Below are positions 17,330-28,235 of a stretch of DNA of 64,000 nucleotides, in pieces; position 1 is the stretch's first letter; each line of letters starts with the position of its first letter. The notes under the pieces are model-generated. The model saw nothing but the letters and a program-made list of their open reading frames with translations, ran no database searches and was not told the origin of the DNA. The stretch is from Alphaproteobacteria bacterium. GTDB lineage: Bacteria; Pseudomonadota; Alphaproteobacteria; Rickettsiales; UBA1997. The DNA is taken from NCBI GenBank assembly GCA_021151765.1, contig JAGKWR010000009.1, positions 8,525 through 72,524 on the forward strand, written 5' to 3'. The position numbers were made by a program, and so were the translations under genes.

Positions 17330-20300
17330 TTAAAGAAGTTTTTGCAGTTGTTCAATTACGCGTTGTGCGGCGACAATTTTGTTGTCTGGATTTTTAATAT
17401 CGCAAACGAAAAGAATTTTATGACCTTGATGAATTTTGATCTGGTTCTTGCTTGAAAACACCATTTTCAAAAGTGCATCAGGATTGGCGAATTTATTGTC
17501 TTTGAAGCTGATTAGAATTCCGTCAGAAATTGTTTCGATACGCTCAACTCCAACTTTGCGGCAAGATGATTTTAAGCGCGCCACTTCCATCAAATTTTTG
17601 ACTTCCTGCGGCAATTTTCCGAAACGATCATTCATTTCGTTGGATAAATCTTCTTCATCTTCCAAATTTTTGATTGCTGAAATCTTTTTGTAGAAACTCA
17701 TGCGCAGCGACAAATCAGGCATATATTCTTCTGGAATCAGCAAGGAAATTCCGAGTTTGATTGAAACTGAGAAGTCGAGATCAACGCTGACAATTTCATT
17801 ATTTTCAGATTTAATTGCCGGAGAATTTTTCAACTCCTCAATAGTTTCGAGCAACATTTGTTGATAAAGTTCAACGCCGGTTTCATTGATGTGGCCGGAT
17901 TGTTCATCGCCAAGTAAATTACCGCTGCCGCGAATATCCATGTCGTGAGTTGCAACAGTGAAGCCAACGCCGAGCGAATCGAGATTTTGCATCACTTCCA
18001 ATTTTTTGCGCGATTCGTCAGAAACTCTGCGATTATCGAGCATGAAATAGCAGTAAGCGCGCATTTTGCCGCGACCAACACGACCGCGTAGTTGGTAAAG
18101 TTGCGATAAGCCAAACATTTCGGATTTGTAAATAATCATGGTGTTGGCGTCAGAAACGTCGATTCCTGATTCGACAATTGTGGTGGAAAGCAACATGTCG
18201 ATTTTGCCGTCGACAAAATCATTCATAATTTGATCGAGTTTGCTTGGCGGCATTTGGCCGTGAGCACTGGTGATTTTGATTTCAGGAAGCAGAATTTTCA
18301 AACGCGGTTCGATTTCTTCCAAATCGCGAATGCGTGGCACCACGAAGAAAACGCGACCACCGCGATTATGTTCACGCATCACAGCTTCGCGGACGATTAC
18401 TGAATCGTAAGGCATTACGAAATTGCGTACTGCCAAACGATCAAGCGGCGGAGTTGAAATTAAACTCAAATCTTTCACGCCAGTCAGCGACATTTGCAAC
18501 GTGCGCGGAATTGGTGTGGCAGAAAGCGTCAAAACGTGAACTTCGTTACGCATTTCTTTCAAACGCTCTTTTTGAGCGACGCCGAAATGTTGTTCTTCGT
18601 CAATTATGACCAATCCAAGATTTTTGAATTCGATCGATTTTTGTAAAATAGCATGAGTTCCAATCACAATTTGCGCTTCATTTGCGGCAATTTGTGCGCG
18701 CACTTCTTTGGCTTTGGCCGGAGTTACTAAACGTGAAAGCTGTACAATTTTTACGTCACTTCCTTCAAATCTTTTCGAAAAATTCTTGAAATGTTGACGA
18801 GCAAGCAAAGTAGTCGGAGCAACAACAGCAACTTGCGCTTTATTGTTTTCACTTCCTACAACAATAGCCGCAGCACGCAGCGCCACTTCAGTTTTGCCGA
18901 AACCAACGTCACCACAAATTAAACGATCCATCGGTGAACCTTTGCGCAAATCTTCCTCAACTTCTTCAATCGCGCGCATTTGATCTTCAGTTTCGACAAA
19001 GCCAAAGCGATTGCGGAATTCATCGTAAAAATGTTGTTCTGGTGTGAAAGCTGATGCTTTTTTCAAGTGACGTGCAGCAGCGATTTTCAATAATTCTTCC
19101 GCGGCAACTTTGATGCGTTTACGAACTTTATCGCGACGATTTTTCCACGCAGCAACGCCCAAACGATCAAGTTGAATCAGCGGGTTGTCGGCGCCGTAGC
19201 GAGTGATTAAACCGATATCGTCAACGGGAACGAATAAAGTGTCGTTGCCGCCATATTCGATTTTGATCATGTCGCTTTTAATATTTCCGGCGCTGATAGT
19301 TTGAATGCCTTGGAAGCGGCCAATACCATGATCGCGATGCACAATCAACTCGCCGGCTTGAATCGTTAAACCTTCTTCAATTAATCGTTGGGAAGCGGCG
19401 CGGCTACTTTTTTTGCGGACGATTTTTTCACCAAAAATTGCTTGTTCACCAATCAACATTTGGTCAGTAGTTTCAAAACCAAAATGCAGCGGAAGAACTA
19501 TTGTGGGACATTTCAGGTTGTAATCTGGAAGTAGTTTCGCAACACGATCTTTGAAAGCTTCGCTTAAGCAAGCGATGACGAATTTTTTGCCGGCAGTGTA
19601 TTCTTTTAGAAGTTCCAACGGATCACGTTGATTGGTTTTGCCAGCTAAAGCGAAATCAGGAATCGCTTTGATTTCGAGATCTAAAATACGCTGATTTTTG
19701 TCAGCTTCGTCAAATTGGTTGAACTGAATGGCAGTTTGTTTGGCGAGTTTGTCACGTAAATCAGCGGCGCTGAAATAAAGCAATTCCGGCTTAATTGGGT
19801 TATAAATTATGCCGTCTTTGATTTTTTGTTCGGCGACGCGAGCTTGATAATATTCGTTGACTAGTTCGTCGCGATGTTTGGCAAAGGTAAAAATTTTATC
19901 GCTGAAGAAAATTGCTGGCTGACGCAAATAATCAAAAAAACTGGAAAGTTCTTCTTCAAAGAAAAGTGGTAACCAATTTTCCATGCCAGAATAAGTGCGC
20001 ATTTCCGAAATCGCCGAGTAAAGATGATCGTCTACGGCGGCACCAAAACTGGCGCGATATTTTTGACGGAAAGTTTCTACCGATTTTTTGCTCATGATCA
20101 CTTCGTTGCTCGGCAAAATTTCCAGTGACTTTACCGATTCTTGGGTCATTTGTGTTAAAGGATCGAAGACTTTGATCGATTCAACTTCTTCACCGAAAAA
20201 ATCGATGCGATAACCAATTAAATCTGCGGCTTGTTGCATCACCAAATCAACGATACCGCCACGCACCGCAAATTCGCCAACATCATTGGCGCAAGCTTGG

Positions 20301-20761
20301 CGTTCATAACCTTTGGAAACCAAAACTTCGGCGATTTGCGTAATCGAAATTTTGCTGCCAACTTGTAAATAAAGTCCTAAATCCTTGATCTGTTTAGGCT
20401 GAATCGTTTTTTGTAAAATTGCATTGATACCGGCAATAACGAAAAATTTTTGGCCATCTTTACGTGTGATTAATTTGTAAAGCGTCTTGATGCGTTCTGA
20501 TAAAATTGCCGCTTTTGGCGATGCACGATCATAAGGCAGAGAATCCCAAGCCGGAAAAACCAAGATTTGCGTGTCTGGTGCAAAAAACTGAATTTGCTTT
20601 TGGACCATCTCAATTTCAGCGTCATTTTGGGCGATGAAAAGCGTGTCAGAATCGGGAAAATTTTTAGCAATTTCGGCAGTCAAAAAAACCTGCGCATCCG
20701 CAGGAGTTTTGATTAAAACACAAGATTCTTTGATTTGTTTTAGCTTAACTTTGTAATCCAT
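17330..20761 (-). CDS. mfd: transcription-repair coupling factor
   Basis: 1143 aa. UvrB-homology N-terminus, CarD-like RNAP-interaction domain (IVHRDHGIGRF), helicase motifs GDVGFGKTEVA and IIDEEQHFG, and a TRG region. Confidence 0.95.
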   Translation of the reverse strand: MDYKVKLKQIKESCVLIKTPADAQVFLTAEIAKNFPDSDTLFIAQNDAEIEMVQKQIQFFAPDTQILVFPAWDSLPYDRASPKAAILSERIKTLYKLITRKDGQKFFVIAGINAILQKTIQPKQIKDLGLYLQVGSKISITQIAEVLVSKGYERQACANDVGEFAVRGGIVDLVMQQAADLIGYRIDFFGEEVESIKVFDPLTQMTQESVKSLEILPSNEVIMSKKSVETFRQKYRASFGAAVDDHLYSAISEMRTYSGMENWLPLFFEEELSSFFDYLRQPAIFFSDKIFTFAKHRDELVNEYYQARVAEQKIKDGIIYNPIKPELLYFSAADLRDKLAKQTAIQFNQFDEADKNQRILDLEIKAIPDFALAGKTNQRDPLELLKEYTAGKKFVIACLSEAFKDRVAKLLPDYNLKCPTIVLPLHFGFETTDQMLIGEQAIFGEKIVRKKSSRAASQRLIEEGLTIQAGELIVHRDHGIGRFQGIQTISAGNIKSDMIKIEYGGNDTLFVPVDDIGLITRYGADNPLIQLDRLGVAAWKNRRDKVRKRIKVAAEELLKIAAARHLKKASAFTPEQHFYDEFRNRFGFVETEDQMRAIEEVEEDLRKGSPMDRLICGDVGFGKTEVALRAAAIVVGSENNKAQVAVVAPTTLLARQHFKNFSKRFEGSDVKIVQLSRLVTPAKAKEVRAQIAANEAQIVIGTHAILQKSIEFKNLGLVIIDEEQHFGVAQKERLKEMRNEVHVLTLSATPIPRTLQMSLTGVKDLSLISTPPLDRLAVRNFVMPYDSVIVREAVMREHNRGGRVFFVVPRIRDLEEIEPRLKILLPEIKITSAHGQMPPSKLDQIMNDFVDGKIDMLLSTTIVESGIDVSDANTMIIYKSEMFGLSQLYQLRGRVGRGKMRAYCYFMLDNRRVSDESRKKLEVMQNLDSLGVGFTVATHDMDIRGSGNLLGDEQSGHINETGVELYQQMLLETIEELKNSPAIKSENNEIVSVDLDFSVSIKLGISLLIPEEYMPDLSLRMSFYKKISAIKNLEDEEDLSNEMNDRFGKLPQEVKNLMEVARLKSSCRKVGVERIETISDGILISFKDNKFANPDALLKMVFSSKNQIKIHQGHKILFVCDIKNPDNKIVAAQRVIEQLQKLL

Positions 20762-20762
20762 T

Positions 20763-23255
20763 TTAAGAAATTTTTTCGACTGAGAAATAAGCCTCGCTAG
20801 AATTTATATCTGGGGGCAGAATTGCGATGCCTTGTGATTTGGCGGCTTGCAGGAAGATGTTGATTTTGTCGGTGTTGTCGATCTCTAAATTAATTGAAGC
20901 GGTGAAAAATTCGACAGGGTAGTGCGCTTTCAAATAAGCGGTTTGGTAAGAAATTAAAGCGTAAGCCGCAGCGTGAGATTTGTTGAAACCGTAGCCCGCG
21001 AATTTGTCGACGAGGTCAAAAATTTCGCCCGCTTGTTTTTCCGGCACGTTGTTTTTCATGGCGCCTTCAACGAAAATAGCGCGCTGTTTGTCCATTTCTT
21101 CTTTGATTTTTTTACCCATAGCGCGACGAAGCAAATCAGCGCCGCCCAAGGTGTATCCTGCCAAAACGCGGGCGATTTCCATAACTTGTTCTTGGTAAAC
21201 AATTACACCGTAAGTTTCTTTCAAAGTATTTTCCAAAAGCGGGTGCGGATATTCGATTTTTTCCAATCCGTGTTTACGGCGAATATAGGTTGGAATGTTG
21301 TCCATCGGGCCTGGGCGATACAGCGAAATAAGGGCGATAATATCTTCAATTTTATCAGATTTCATTTGGCGCAGAACAGAACGCATTCCCGAAGACTCGA
21401 TTTGGAAAACGCCGATCGAGTCGCCTTTGGCCAACATGTCGAAGGTTTTTTTGTCGTCTAAACGAATGTTGGAAATGTCGATTTTAACGCCGCGAGTTTT
21501 TTCGATTAATTTTACAGCTTCGGAAATTGTGGTCAGAGTTTTCAATCCCAAAAAGTCGAACTTAACCAAGCCAGCACTTTCCGCATATTTCATCGAATAA
21601 CCAACCGCTGGCATTTCTGAGCCTTCGTCGTTGTAGAGCGCACAAATTTCGTGGAGCGGTTTATCACCAATCACCACGCCAGCAGCGTGAGTTGAGGCAT
21701 GGCGGTTCAAGCCTTCAAGTTTTAAACCAATATCAACCAATTTATTGACTTGCGGATCTTCCAAAATGGCTTGCTGCAAGTCTTTGTCCATTTCAATGGC
21801 CTTTTCCAAAGTTACGGCTTCGATGGCGTTAAATGGAATCAATTTACAAATGCGATCAACTTGGTTGTAAGCCATTTGTAAAACGCGGCCAACGTCTTTT
21901 AGCACAGCGCGTGCCTGCAATTTTCCGAAAGTTATAATTTGTGCGACATATTCGCGGCCATATTTTTTTTGTACGTAATCGATCACTTCGTCACGGCGCG
22001 ATTGGCAAAAATCGACGTCAAAATCGGGCATTGAAACACGATCAGGATTCAAAAAACGTTCAAAAAGAAGTCCGAAACGAATCGGATCAAGATCGGTAAT
22101 TTGCAGCGCCCAAGCCACAATTGAACCAGCACCAGAACCACGTCCTGGGCCGACAGGAATATCATTATTTTTAGCCCATTTGATGAAGTCGGATACGATC
22201 AAGAAATAGCCATCGAACTGCATTTTGGTGATGACGGAAACCTCAAAATCAAGGCGCGCGAAATATTGTTGGCGCAGTTCCTGTTGAGTTGTTGCGGCAA
22301 TTTCTTCAACCGCAAATTTACGTTGAAGGCGCATTTCCAAACCTTCTGAAGCTTGTTTTTTCAACTCTGCCGCTTCGTTGAAATCAGCGGAATTATTGAA
22401 GCGCGGCAAAGTTGGTGGGCGTTCAAAGGCCATGATGTGGCACTTTTTAGCGATATTAACCGTATTTTCGATGGCTTCGGGAATATCGCTGAATAATTCT
22501 TCAAGCTCTTGCGGAGATTTAAAATATTGCTCTGGTGAATTTTTTTTGCGATCAGCTTCCAAGAAAAATCTACCTTCGCCAATACAGCTCAAAATATCTT
22601 GTGCTTCGTGCATTTCGCGACTCAAAAAATAAACGTCGTTGGTTGCAACTAAAGGCAGATTATTTTTGAAAGCGAGATCGATAAATTTAGCTTCGAGTTT
22701 TTCTTCAATTGCAGTGTTATGGCGGGTGATTTCGATGTAAAAATTATTGGGAAAAGTTTGCGCTAATTGTTTGACGACATCGTTAAGTTTATTGTCTTGG
22801 TTGTTGTTTATCAGCTTGGCTAAAGGACCTTCAGCTCCGCCAGATAAAGCGATTAAACCGGCGGATTTTTCAGCCAAAAGTTCGAAAGAAATGTGTGGAG
22901 ATAAACCATTTTCTCTGTTTAAAAAGCTGTGCGAAACCAAATACATCAAGTTTTTGTAGCCTTCGTCATTGTGAGCAATTAAAGGCAATTTCGAAAAAGA
23001 ATTTTCGATGTCGAGATTGGATAAGTTTTTTTGATTCGGATCGTTGAAGCGAATTAATATTTCACAGCCAATAATTGGTTGAATTCCTGCTTTTTTGCAG
23101 GCTGAAGAAAACTCAAGCGCGGCGAAAAGATTTTGGCTGTCCATTATGCCAATTGCGGGAATTTTGAAGCTTTCTGCGCGTTTGATTAAATCTGGAATTT
23201 TAATCGCACCTTGGCAAAGCGAGTAGGTTGTGTGATTTCGTAAAGGAATGAACAT
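20763..23255 (-). CDS. dnaE: DNA polymerase III alpha subunit, C-terminally truncated (830 aa)
   Basis: PHP N-terminus (MFIPLRNHTTYSL), GPGRGSGAGS, PDFDVDF catalytic aspartates and a fingers region (GFNKSHAAAY). The ORF ends ...LPPDINSSEAYFSVEKIS*, 1 nt before the mfd ATG. Confidence 0.9.
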   Translation of the reverse strand: MFIPLRNHTTYSLCQGAIKIPDLIKRAESFKIPAIGIMDSQNLFAALEFSSACKKAGIQPIIGCEILIRFNDPNQKNLSNLDIENSFSKLPLIAHNDEGYKNLMYLVSHSFLNRENGLSPHISFELLAEKSAGLIALSGGAEGPLAKLINNNQDNKLNDVVKQLAQTFPNNFYIEITRHNTAIEEKLEAKFIDLAFKNNLPLVATNDVYFLSREMHEAQDILSCIGEGRFFLEADRKKNSPEQYFKSPQELEELFSDIPEAIENTVNIAKKCHIMAFERPPTLPRFNNSADFNEAAELKKQASEGLEMRLQRKFAVEEIAATTQQELRQQYFARLDFEVSVITKMQFDGYFLIVSDFIKWAKNNDIPVGPGRGSGAGSIVAWALQITDLDPIRFGLLFERFLNPDRVSMPDFDVDFCQSRRDEVIDYVQKKYGREYVAQIITFGKLQARAVLKDVGRVLQMAYNQVDRICKLIPFNAIEAVTLEKAIEMDKDLQQAILEDPQVNKLVDIGLKLEGLNRHASTHAAGVVIGDKPLHEICALYNDEGSEMPAVGYSMKYAESAGLVKFDFLGLKTLTTISEAVKLIEKTRGVKIDISNIRLDDKKTFDMLAKGDSIGVFQIESSGMRSVLRQMKSDKIEDIIALISLYRPGPMDNIPTYIRRKHGLEKIEYPHPLLENTLKETYGVIVYQEQVMEIARVLAGYTLGGADLLRRAMGKKIKEEMDKQRAIFVEGAMKNNVPEKQAGEIFDLVDKFAGYGFNKSHAAAYALISYQTAYLKAHYPVEFFTASINLEIDNTDKINIFLQAAKSQGIAILPPDINSSEAYFSVEKIS

Positions 23256-23411
23256 TTTTGAGAAATAAGCTGGAAAAATTTATTGGCTAATAATCAAAAT
23301 TTTTTGCCAGAAGTTCAATCGAAAAAATAGTTCTTTATCACGATTTAAGGGCTTTTTAAGAAAGTATTCTGATTTTGTTTAAAAAATTATTAATCCTCAA
23401 TTTTCACAATT

Positions 23412-24077
23412 ATGCGCATACTTTTATTGGAAGATGATTTGATGCTGGGTAAAGCGATTAAAAATGCGCTGGAATCTTCAAATTATGTCGCGGATTGGGT
23501 TACTACTTTTGAAGATTGTGAAGCGGCTTTGAAGACGACCAATTTTGAAATTGTGCTTTTAGACATCAATTTGCCGCAAGGTTCAGGTTTGGATATTTTG
23601 AAGAAATTGCGTTTGGCGAAAAGTCCGATTCCGGTTTTGATTTTGACAGCGCGCGATTCGGTTGCGCAAAAAATTGAAGGTTTAGATTTGGGCGCTGACG
23701 ATTATTTGTCGAAACCATTTGATATTGAAGAATTATTCGCGCGCATTCGTTCTTTGGTGCGTCGTAGCAAAGGAATTGCAACCACAGTTTTGCAATGCAG
23801 AGATATTGAGTTGAATCCGGCGAATTTTACGGTGAGCAAATTGGGAGAGAAAATTGAAGTTTCCCCTAAGGAATTTATGATTCTTAAGTTTTTAATGGAA
23901 AATCTAGGAAAAGTTATTTCGCGTCCGCGTTTAGAAGAATTGCTATATAGTTGGGACAACAGCGTTGAAAGCAATGCAGTTGAAGTTCATATTCATCATT
24001 TACGAAAAAAATTAGGCAAAGATTTTATCAAAACTTCTCGTGGTTTTGGATATGTAATCGAAAAAAATAATGACTAA
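23412..24077 (+). CDS. OmpR-family response regulator
   Basis: Receiver domain (MRILLLEDD...LLDINLP...KPF) plus a winged-helix C-terminus (VEVHIHHLRKKL...GFGY). Confidence 0.9.
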   Translation: MRILLLEDDLMLGKAIKNALESSNYVADWVTTFEDCEAALKTTNFEIVLLDINLPQGSGLDILKKLRLAKSPIPVLILTARDSVAQKIEGLDLGADDYLSKPFDIEELFARIRSLVRRSKGIATTVLQCRDIELNPANFTVSKLGEKIEVSPKEFMILKFLMENLGKVISRPRLEELLYSWDNSVESNAVEVHIHHLRKKLGKDFIKTSRGFGYVIEKNND

Positions 24078-24093
24078 AAATTGGTAAAACTTC

Positions 24094-25461
24094 GTGACTT
24101 CTTTTAGAAAAACTTCACTGAAAAGAAATTTAATCATAACTTTATCATCCCTTCTTGCTGTTGCTCTGACAATTGTTTTTTTGGTTGGATATTTTTTTGC
24201 CAGAAATGAAATAAATAAAGTTTTTGATGCTAATCTGATCAAGTCAGCAAAGTTGATTTCTAGTTTGATTGAACACGAAATTTTGGAAGAGAAAAAATCT
24301 AAATTTGACCTAGATTTAACAGGAGTGGATGAGCAAAAAATATTCCATCGTTACGAATATAAAATTCATTCGCAAATCTGGAATGGCGATAAATTAATCT
24401 ATAATTCAAGCAAAGATTATTGTGCCGAGAAGCCAGATTATCAGGGTTTGAAAGACGTTTCATACGATAACAAAAAATGGCGTTCTTTTGTGCTAACTGA
24501 TCAAAAAGATAACGCCACAATTTTGGTGATGGAACAAGATGAGATAAGAGATGAGTTGACCAACGAAATTATTTTTTCGTTATTTTTGCCTTTGATGTTT
24601 TCTTTCGTTTTGTTGTTTTTGATCATCGTTTTGACAGTAAATAAAAGGCTGCAGCCTTTGGAAATTATGGCACAAAAAATTGCTAAAATGTCATCGAAAT
24701 CTTTAAAGAAATTGAACAACAAAGAAGCGCCACTTGAGCTCGAACCTTTTATTGCTTCGTTTAATTCGCTTGTCGATAAAGTTAGTGATTCGATGGTTTT
24801 GGAAAGAAGATTTACCGATTACGCGGCGCACGAGCTGAAAACACCACTTGCAGCTGTAAAAATTCAATCACAACTTTTGCAAAAAATTAAAGATCCGCAA
24901 AAACAAATTGAGTATTTACAAGATTTAACTGATGGCGTTGAGCGCATGACTCACATGGTTAATCAGCTTTTGACTTTAACCAGATTAGAGCCAGAAAATA
25001 ATCAAATTCAGAGAGAGGATTTTTCGTTAAAACATCTGATTGAAAGCATTATCGAACTTTATTCAAAGCAAGTTAACAATCACAATGTTACGCTGAATTT
25101 TGAATCTGATGCCAATCAAGATTTTGTGATTAGCGCCAATAAAACTTACATCGAAATTATGGTGCGTAATCTTATTGATAACGCCATCAAATACAGTCCA
25201 GAAAATGAAAAAGTGCAGGTGGAATTGCAGAAAAATAATCGTAGAATTATTTTAGCTATTACCAATAAAGGCGCGACAATTAGTGAAGCAGAACAGGATA
25301 AATTATTCGACAATTTCTACCGTGCCAATATCGTCAGTCACCAAAACAAACAAGGAAGCGGACTTGGTTTAGCAATTGTGAAAAAAATTGCTGATTTGCA
25401 CGAAGCTAAAATAATTTTTACTTCAAGAAATAGTGTGAACAAAGTTGAAATTAGATTTTAA
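24094..25461 (+). CDS. sensor histidine kinase (QseC/PmrB-like architecture)
   Basis: Two TM segments, H-box AAHELKTPLA, N-box DNAIKYS, G-box GSGLGLAIV. GTG start 17 nt after the regulator stop. Confidence 0.85.
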   Translation: MTSFRKTSLKRNLIITLSSLLAVALTIVFLVGYFFARNEINKVFDANLIKSAKLISSLIEHEILEEKKSKFDLDLTGVDEQKIFHRYEYKIHSQIWNGDKLIYNSSKDYCAEKPDYQGLKDVSYDNKKWRSFVLTDQKDNATILVMEQDEIRDELTNEIIFSLFLPLMFSFVLLFLIIVLTVNKRLQPLEIMAQKIAKMSSKSLKKLNNKEAPLELEPFIASFNSLVDKVSDSMVLERRFTDYAAHELKTPLAAVKIQSQLLQKIKDPQKQIEYLQDLTDGVERMTHMVNQLLTLTRLEPENNQIQREDFSLKHLIESIIELYSKQVNNHNVTLNFESDANQDFVISANKTYIEIMVRNLIDNAIKYSPENEKVQVELQKNNRRIILAITNKGATISEAEQDKLFDNFYRANIVSHQNKQGSGLGLAIVKKIADLHEAKIIFTSRNSVNKVEIRF

Positions 25462-25480
25462 CTACCAATTTTTTGACATA

Positions 25481-25517
25481 AAAAAAGCCCTCAGATCTTT
25501 TGACCTGAGGGCTTTTT
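25481..25517. terminator. bidirectional rho-independent terminator
   Basis: aaaaaaGCCCTCAG-atcttttgac-CTGAGGGCttttt, between the convergent kinase and skp genes. Confidence 0.75.
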
Positions 25518-25538
25518 AAGTAAATTAATTAAATTCAA

Positions 25539-26063
25539 TTATTCGAATTTAACATCAACTTTAGTAATTTTTTTGTTAAGTCTTTTTAAAACTTCTTCAG
25601 AAACATCTAAACCATCTTTGAAGAACAAAGTTTGAGCTGCAGGAACGATAACGTCCAAATCTTTTTCTTTAGAAACTTCAGCGATGATTTCTTTAACTTT
25701 TTCGTTAACTTTGCTCATGCTGTCAACTGAGGCTTTTTTCAAGCTGCTTTGTTTTTTCTCAACTAAAGTTTTTAATTCAGTAACTTTTTCTTCGAATTTT
25801 TTAGATTCTTTTTCAAAAGCTTCTTTTGAAAGAACGTTTCTTTTGCCTTCAATCTTTTTTTGCTCTGCTTCTAAATCTTTTTGTTTTTTGTTAACTTCTT
25901 TTTGGTACTCTTCTTGTTTTTTGCTAACTTTGCTTTGGATATCACGCATTGCGGTAGATTCTTTCACGATTTTTTCAACGTCAAGAACTGCCAATGATCC
26001 GGCAAAGGCATTAAAAGAGAACAACGCGCAAGCGGTTGATAGTGCTATAAAAGTTTTTTTCAT
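25539..26063 (-). CDS. skp: periplasmic chaperone Skp (OmpH family)
   Basis: Signal peptide, then a K/E-rich coiled-coil of OmpH size (174 aa), with VLDVEKI... at the start and ...DVK at the end. Confidence 0.75.
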   Translation of the reverse strand: MKKTFIALSTACALFSFNAFAGSLAVLDVEKIVKESTAMRDIQSKVSKKQEEYQKEVNKKQKDLEAEQKKIEGKRNVLSKEAFEKESKKFEEKVTELKTLVEKKQSSLKKASVDSMSKVNEKVKEIIAEVSKEKDLDVIVPAAQTLFFKDGLDVSEEVLKRLNKKITKVDVKFE

Positions 26064-26297
26064 TTTTACTCCTGTTGGGAATTATTGATTGTGAATTTTG
26101 TTAGTGGTGTCTTGAAATGATTGACTTCGGCGGTTTTTTCTTAAACCAAATCAAAAAGACTGGCGCAATCTATTTTCGCATTTTTTTAATTTCAAGCGAC
26201 GGAATAGATAAAGTTCTTTTTTGATACTTGTAATTTCTCAAGTGCCGATTAGCTTAGAGCTTCTTCAATTTTCCGCTCTTAATTTTTTACAAAAAAA

Positions 26298-26915
26298 ATG
26301 ACAAAATCCAAAAATCCAAAAAAAGATAGTATTGTGCGTCCTTCAGTAAAAGAAGCTGAGGCAGCAGTTAGAACATTAATTGCTTGGGCAGGCGACAATC
26401 CTGATCGCGAAGGTTTAATTGAAACTCCAAAAAGAGTGGTAAATGCTTATCGTGAATTTTTCCAAGGTTATGATGAAGATCCTGAAGAAATTTTGGGTAA
26501 AACTTTTGAAGAAGTTGGTGGTTATGATGATATGGTGTTACTGAAAGATATGCGTGTTGAATCTCATTGTGAACATCACATGGTTCCAATCATTGGTAAA
26601 GCTCATATCGCTTATATTCCAAATAAAAAAGTTGTAGGAATAAGCAAAATTGCTCGTCTTTTAGATGTATTTAGCAAGCGTTTGCAAACTCAAGAAACAA
26701 TGACAGCTCAGATTGCTGATACTATTAATAAAGTTCTAAAACCAAAAGGTGTGGCAATTCTAGTTGATGCTAAACATCAATGTATGACAACCCGTGGAAT
26801 TCATAAAATTAATACCACAACAATTACCAAAAGGATGCTCGGTTCTTTTAAAACTGATCCAGAAATGGAGAGAAAGTTTTTAACTATGATCAACTTAAAT
26901 TCAGACCAATGTTAA
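26298..26915 (+). CDS. folE: GTP cyclohydrolase I
   Basis: [10 protein letters not shown] and HQCMTTRG motifs. Confidence 0.9.
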   Translation: MTKSKNPKKDSIVRPSVKEAEAAVRTLIAWAGDNPDREGLIETPKRVVNAYREFFQGYDEDPEEILGKTFEEVGGYDDMVLLKDMRVESHCEHHMVPIIGKAHIAYIPNKKVVGISKIARLLDVFSKRLQTQETMTAQIADTINKVLKPKGVAILVDAKHQCMTTRGIHKINTTTITKRMLGSFKTDPEMERKFLTMINLNSDQC

Positions 26916-27508
26916 TTGATCACAATTGTAGATTGATTCTGGCTTCAACTTCCAAAGTTCGTAAAAAAATTTTGGAAGAGGTTGGTTTGAAATTCGAAGT
27001 AATGACACCACTTTTTGACGAAGAGGAAGGAAAGAAAAAAGTAAAGTTATCGCCACAAAAGTTGGCGATGTACTTAGCTGAACAAAAAGCTTTGTCGATT
27101 AGCAATAAATTTCCTGCGGCTTATGTTATAGGTTCAGATCAGGCTTGTGAATTTGAGGGGGTCGAAATCTCAAAATCTAATAATGCTGACGAAGCTTTAT
27201 CACAGCTTAAAAAATTTAACGGAAACATTCACTTTCAGAATAATGCTGTTGTTATTGCTTTAAATGGTAAAATTATTTTTCGTAAGTTTTCGCGTGTTAG
27301 GATGGAAATGCGTAACATGTCAGTAAATGAAATTGAAAATTACGTTGCTTCTGATCAACCTTGGGGTTGCGCCGGTAGTTATAAATATGAGTCACTTGGA
27401 AAACATTTGTTTGCCAGAATTTCCGGTGATTATTATTCAGTTTTAGGATTGGCAATTCAGCCCGTTTTAAACTTCCTTCATCAAAAAAAGTTAATTGAAA
27501 TAAAATGA
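26909..27508 (+). CDS. maf: Maf-like nucleoside triphosphate pyrophosphatase
   Basis: [15 protein letters not shown]-terminus and GSDQ motifs; 199 aa. Confidence 0.8.
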   Translation: MLIDHNCRLILASTSKVRKKILEEVGLKFEVMTPLFDEEEGKKKVKLSPQKLAMYLAEQKALSISNKFPAAYVIGSDQACEFEGVEISKSNNADEALSQLKKFNGNIHFQNNAVVIALNGKIIFRKFSRVRMEMRNMSVNEIENYVASDQPWGCAGSYKYESLGKHLFARISGDYYSVLGLAIQPVLNFLHQKKLIEIK

Positions 27509-28218
27509 GTTTTTTTACCTATGAGACGATGCTGAGCTTGGCGACTCTCACTTTCTTGGAAATTATCTTGGGTATTGATAATTTAGTATTCATCGCCCTT
27601 GTAGTTAGTAAATTACCGAAAAAAAGTCGTCAGTTTGCTCGTGCTTTTGGTCTTGGTTTGGCTTTTGTTATTAGAGTCTTGATGTTGCTAACCCTTTCTT
27701 GGGTGATGACTTTAGTTGAGCCTGTTTTCTTTATTGGAGAGCAAGGAATATCGTTTAAAGATCTATTGTTGATCGCTGGTGGTTTATTTTTGATGGGTAA
27801 AAGTGGATTAGAAATTTATTCCGACGTTAATCATGGTTTGAGTTCTGAAAAAGGTGAAAAACAGATCAGTGTTGGAAAAACTATGATGGCTGCAATTTTG
27901 CAAATAAGTATGATAGATTTTGTCTTCTCTTTTGACTCGATAATCACAGCAGTAGGAATGACAAATAATATTCCAGTAATTATCATCGCTGTAGTAATTT
28001 CAATGCTTTTGATGTTATTTGCTTTGGAAAAAATCAATTATGTTTTGCAAACTTATCCATCTTTAAAAGTGGTCGCTTTGGCCTTTATTTTTATGGTTGG
28101 TGTAATTTTGCTTGCTGATGGACTTCATATTCATATTTCCAAAGGTTATCTTTACTTTTCGTTATTCTTCACTTTGGTTGTCGAATATCTCAATATTTTG
28201 GCCCGTAAGCGCCACTAA
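27505..28218 (+). CDS. TerC-family integral membrane protein
   Basis: LEIILGIDNLVFIALVV and a repeated DSIITAVGMT-type motif, with about 7 TM segments. Confidence 0.75.
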   Translation: MSFFTYETMLSLATLTFLEIILGIDNLVFIALVVSKLPKKSRQFARAFGLGLAFVIRVLMLLTLSWVMTLVEPVFFIGEQGISFKDLLLIAGGLFLMGKSGLEIYSDVNHGLSSEKGEKQISVGKTMMAAILQISMIDFVFSFDSIITAVGMTNNIPVIIIAVVISMLLMLFALEKINYVLQTYPSLKVVALAFIFMVGVILLADGLHIHISKGYLYFSLFFTLVVEYLNILARKRH

Positions 28219-28235
28219 TTTATTTTCTAATCATT

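Noticed and set aside
20763-20830. Split intein at the truncated end of dnaE, as in cyanobacterial DnaE-N.
   Set aside because: The ORF stops a few residues after LPPDINSS. There is no added ~100-aa intein-N block and no Cys-initiated insertion.
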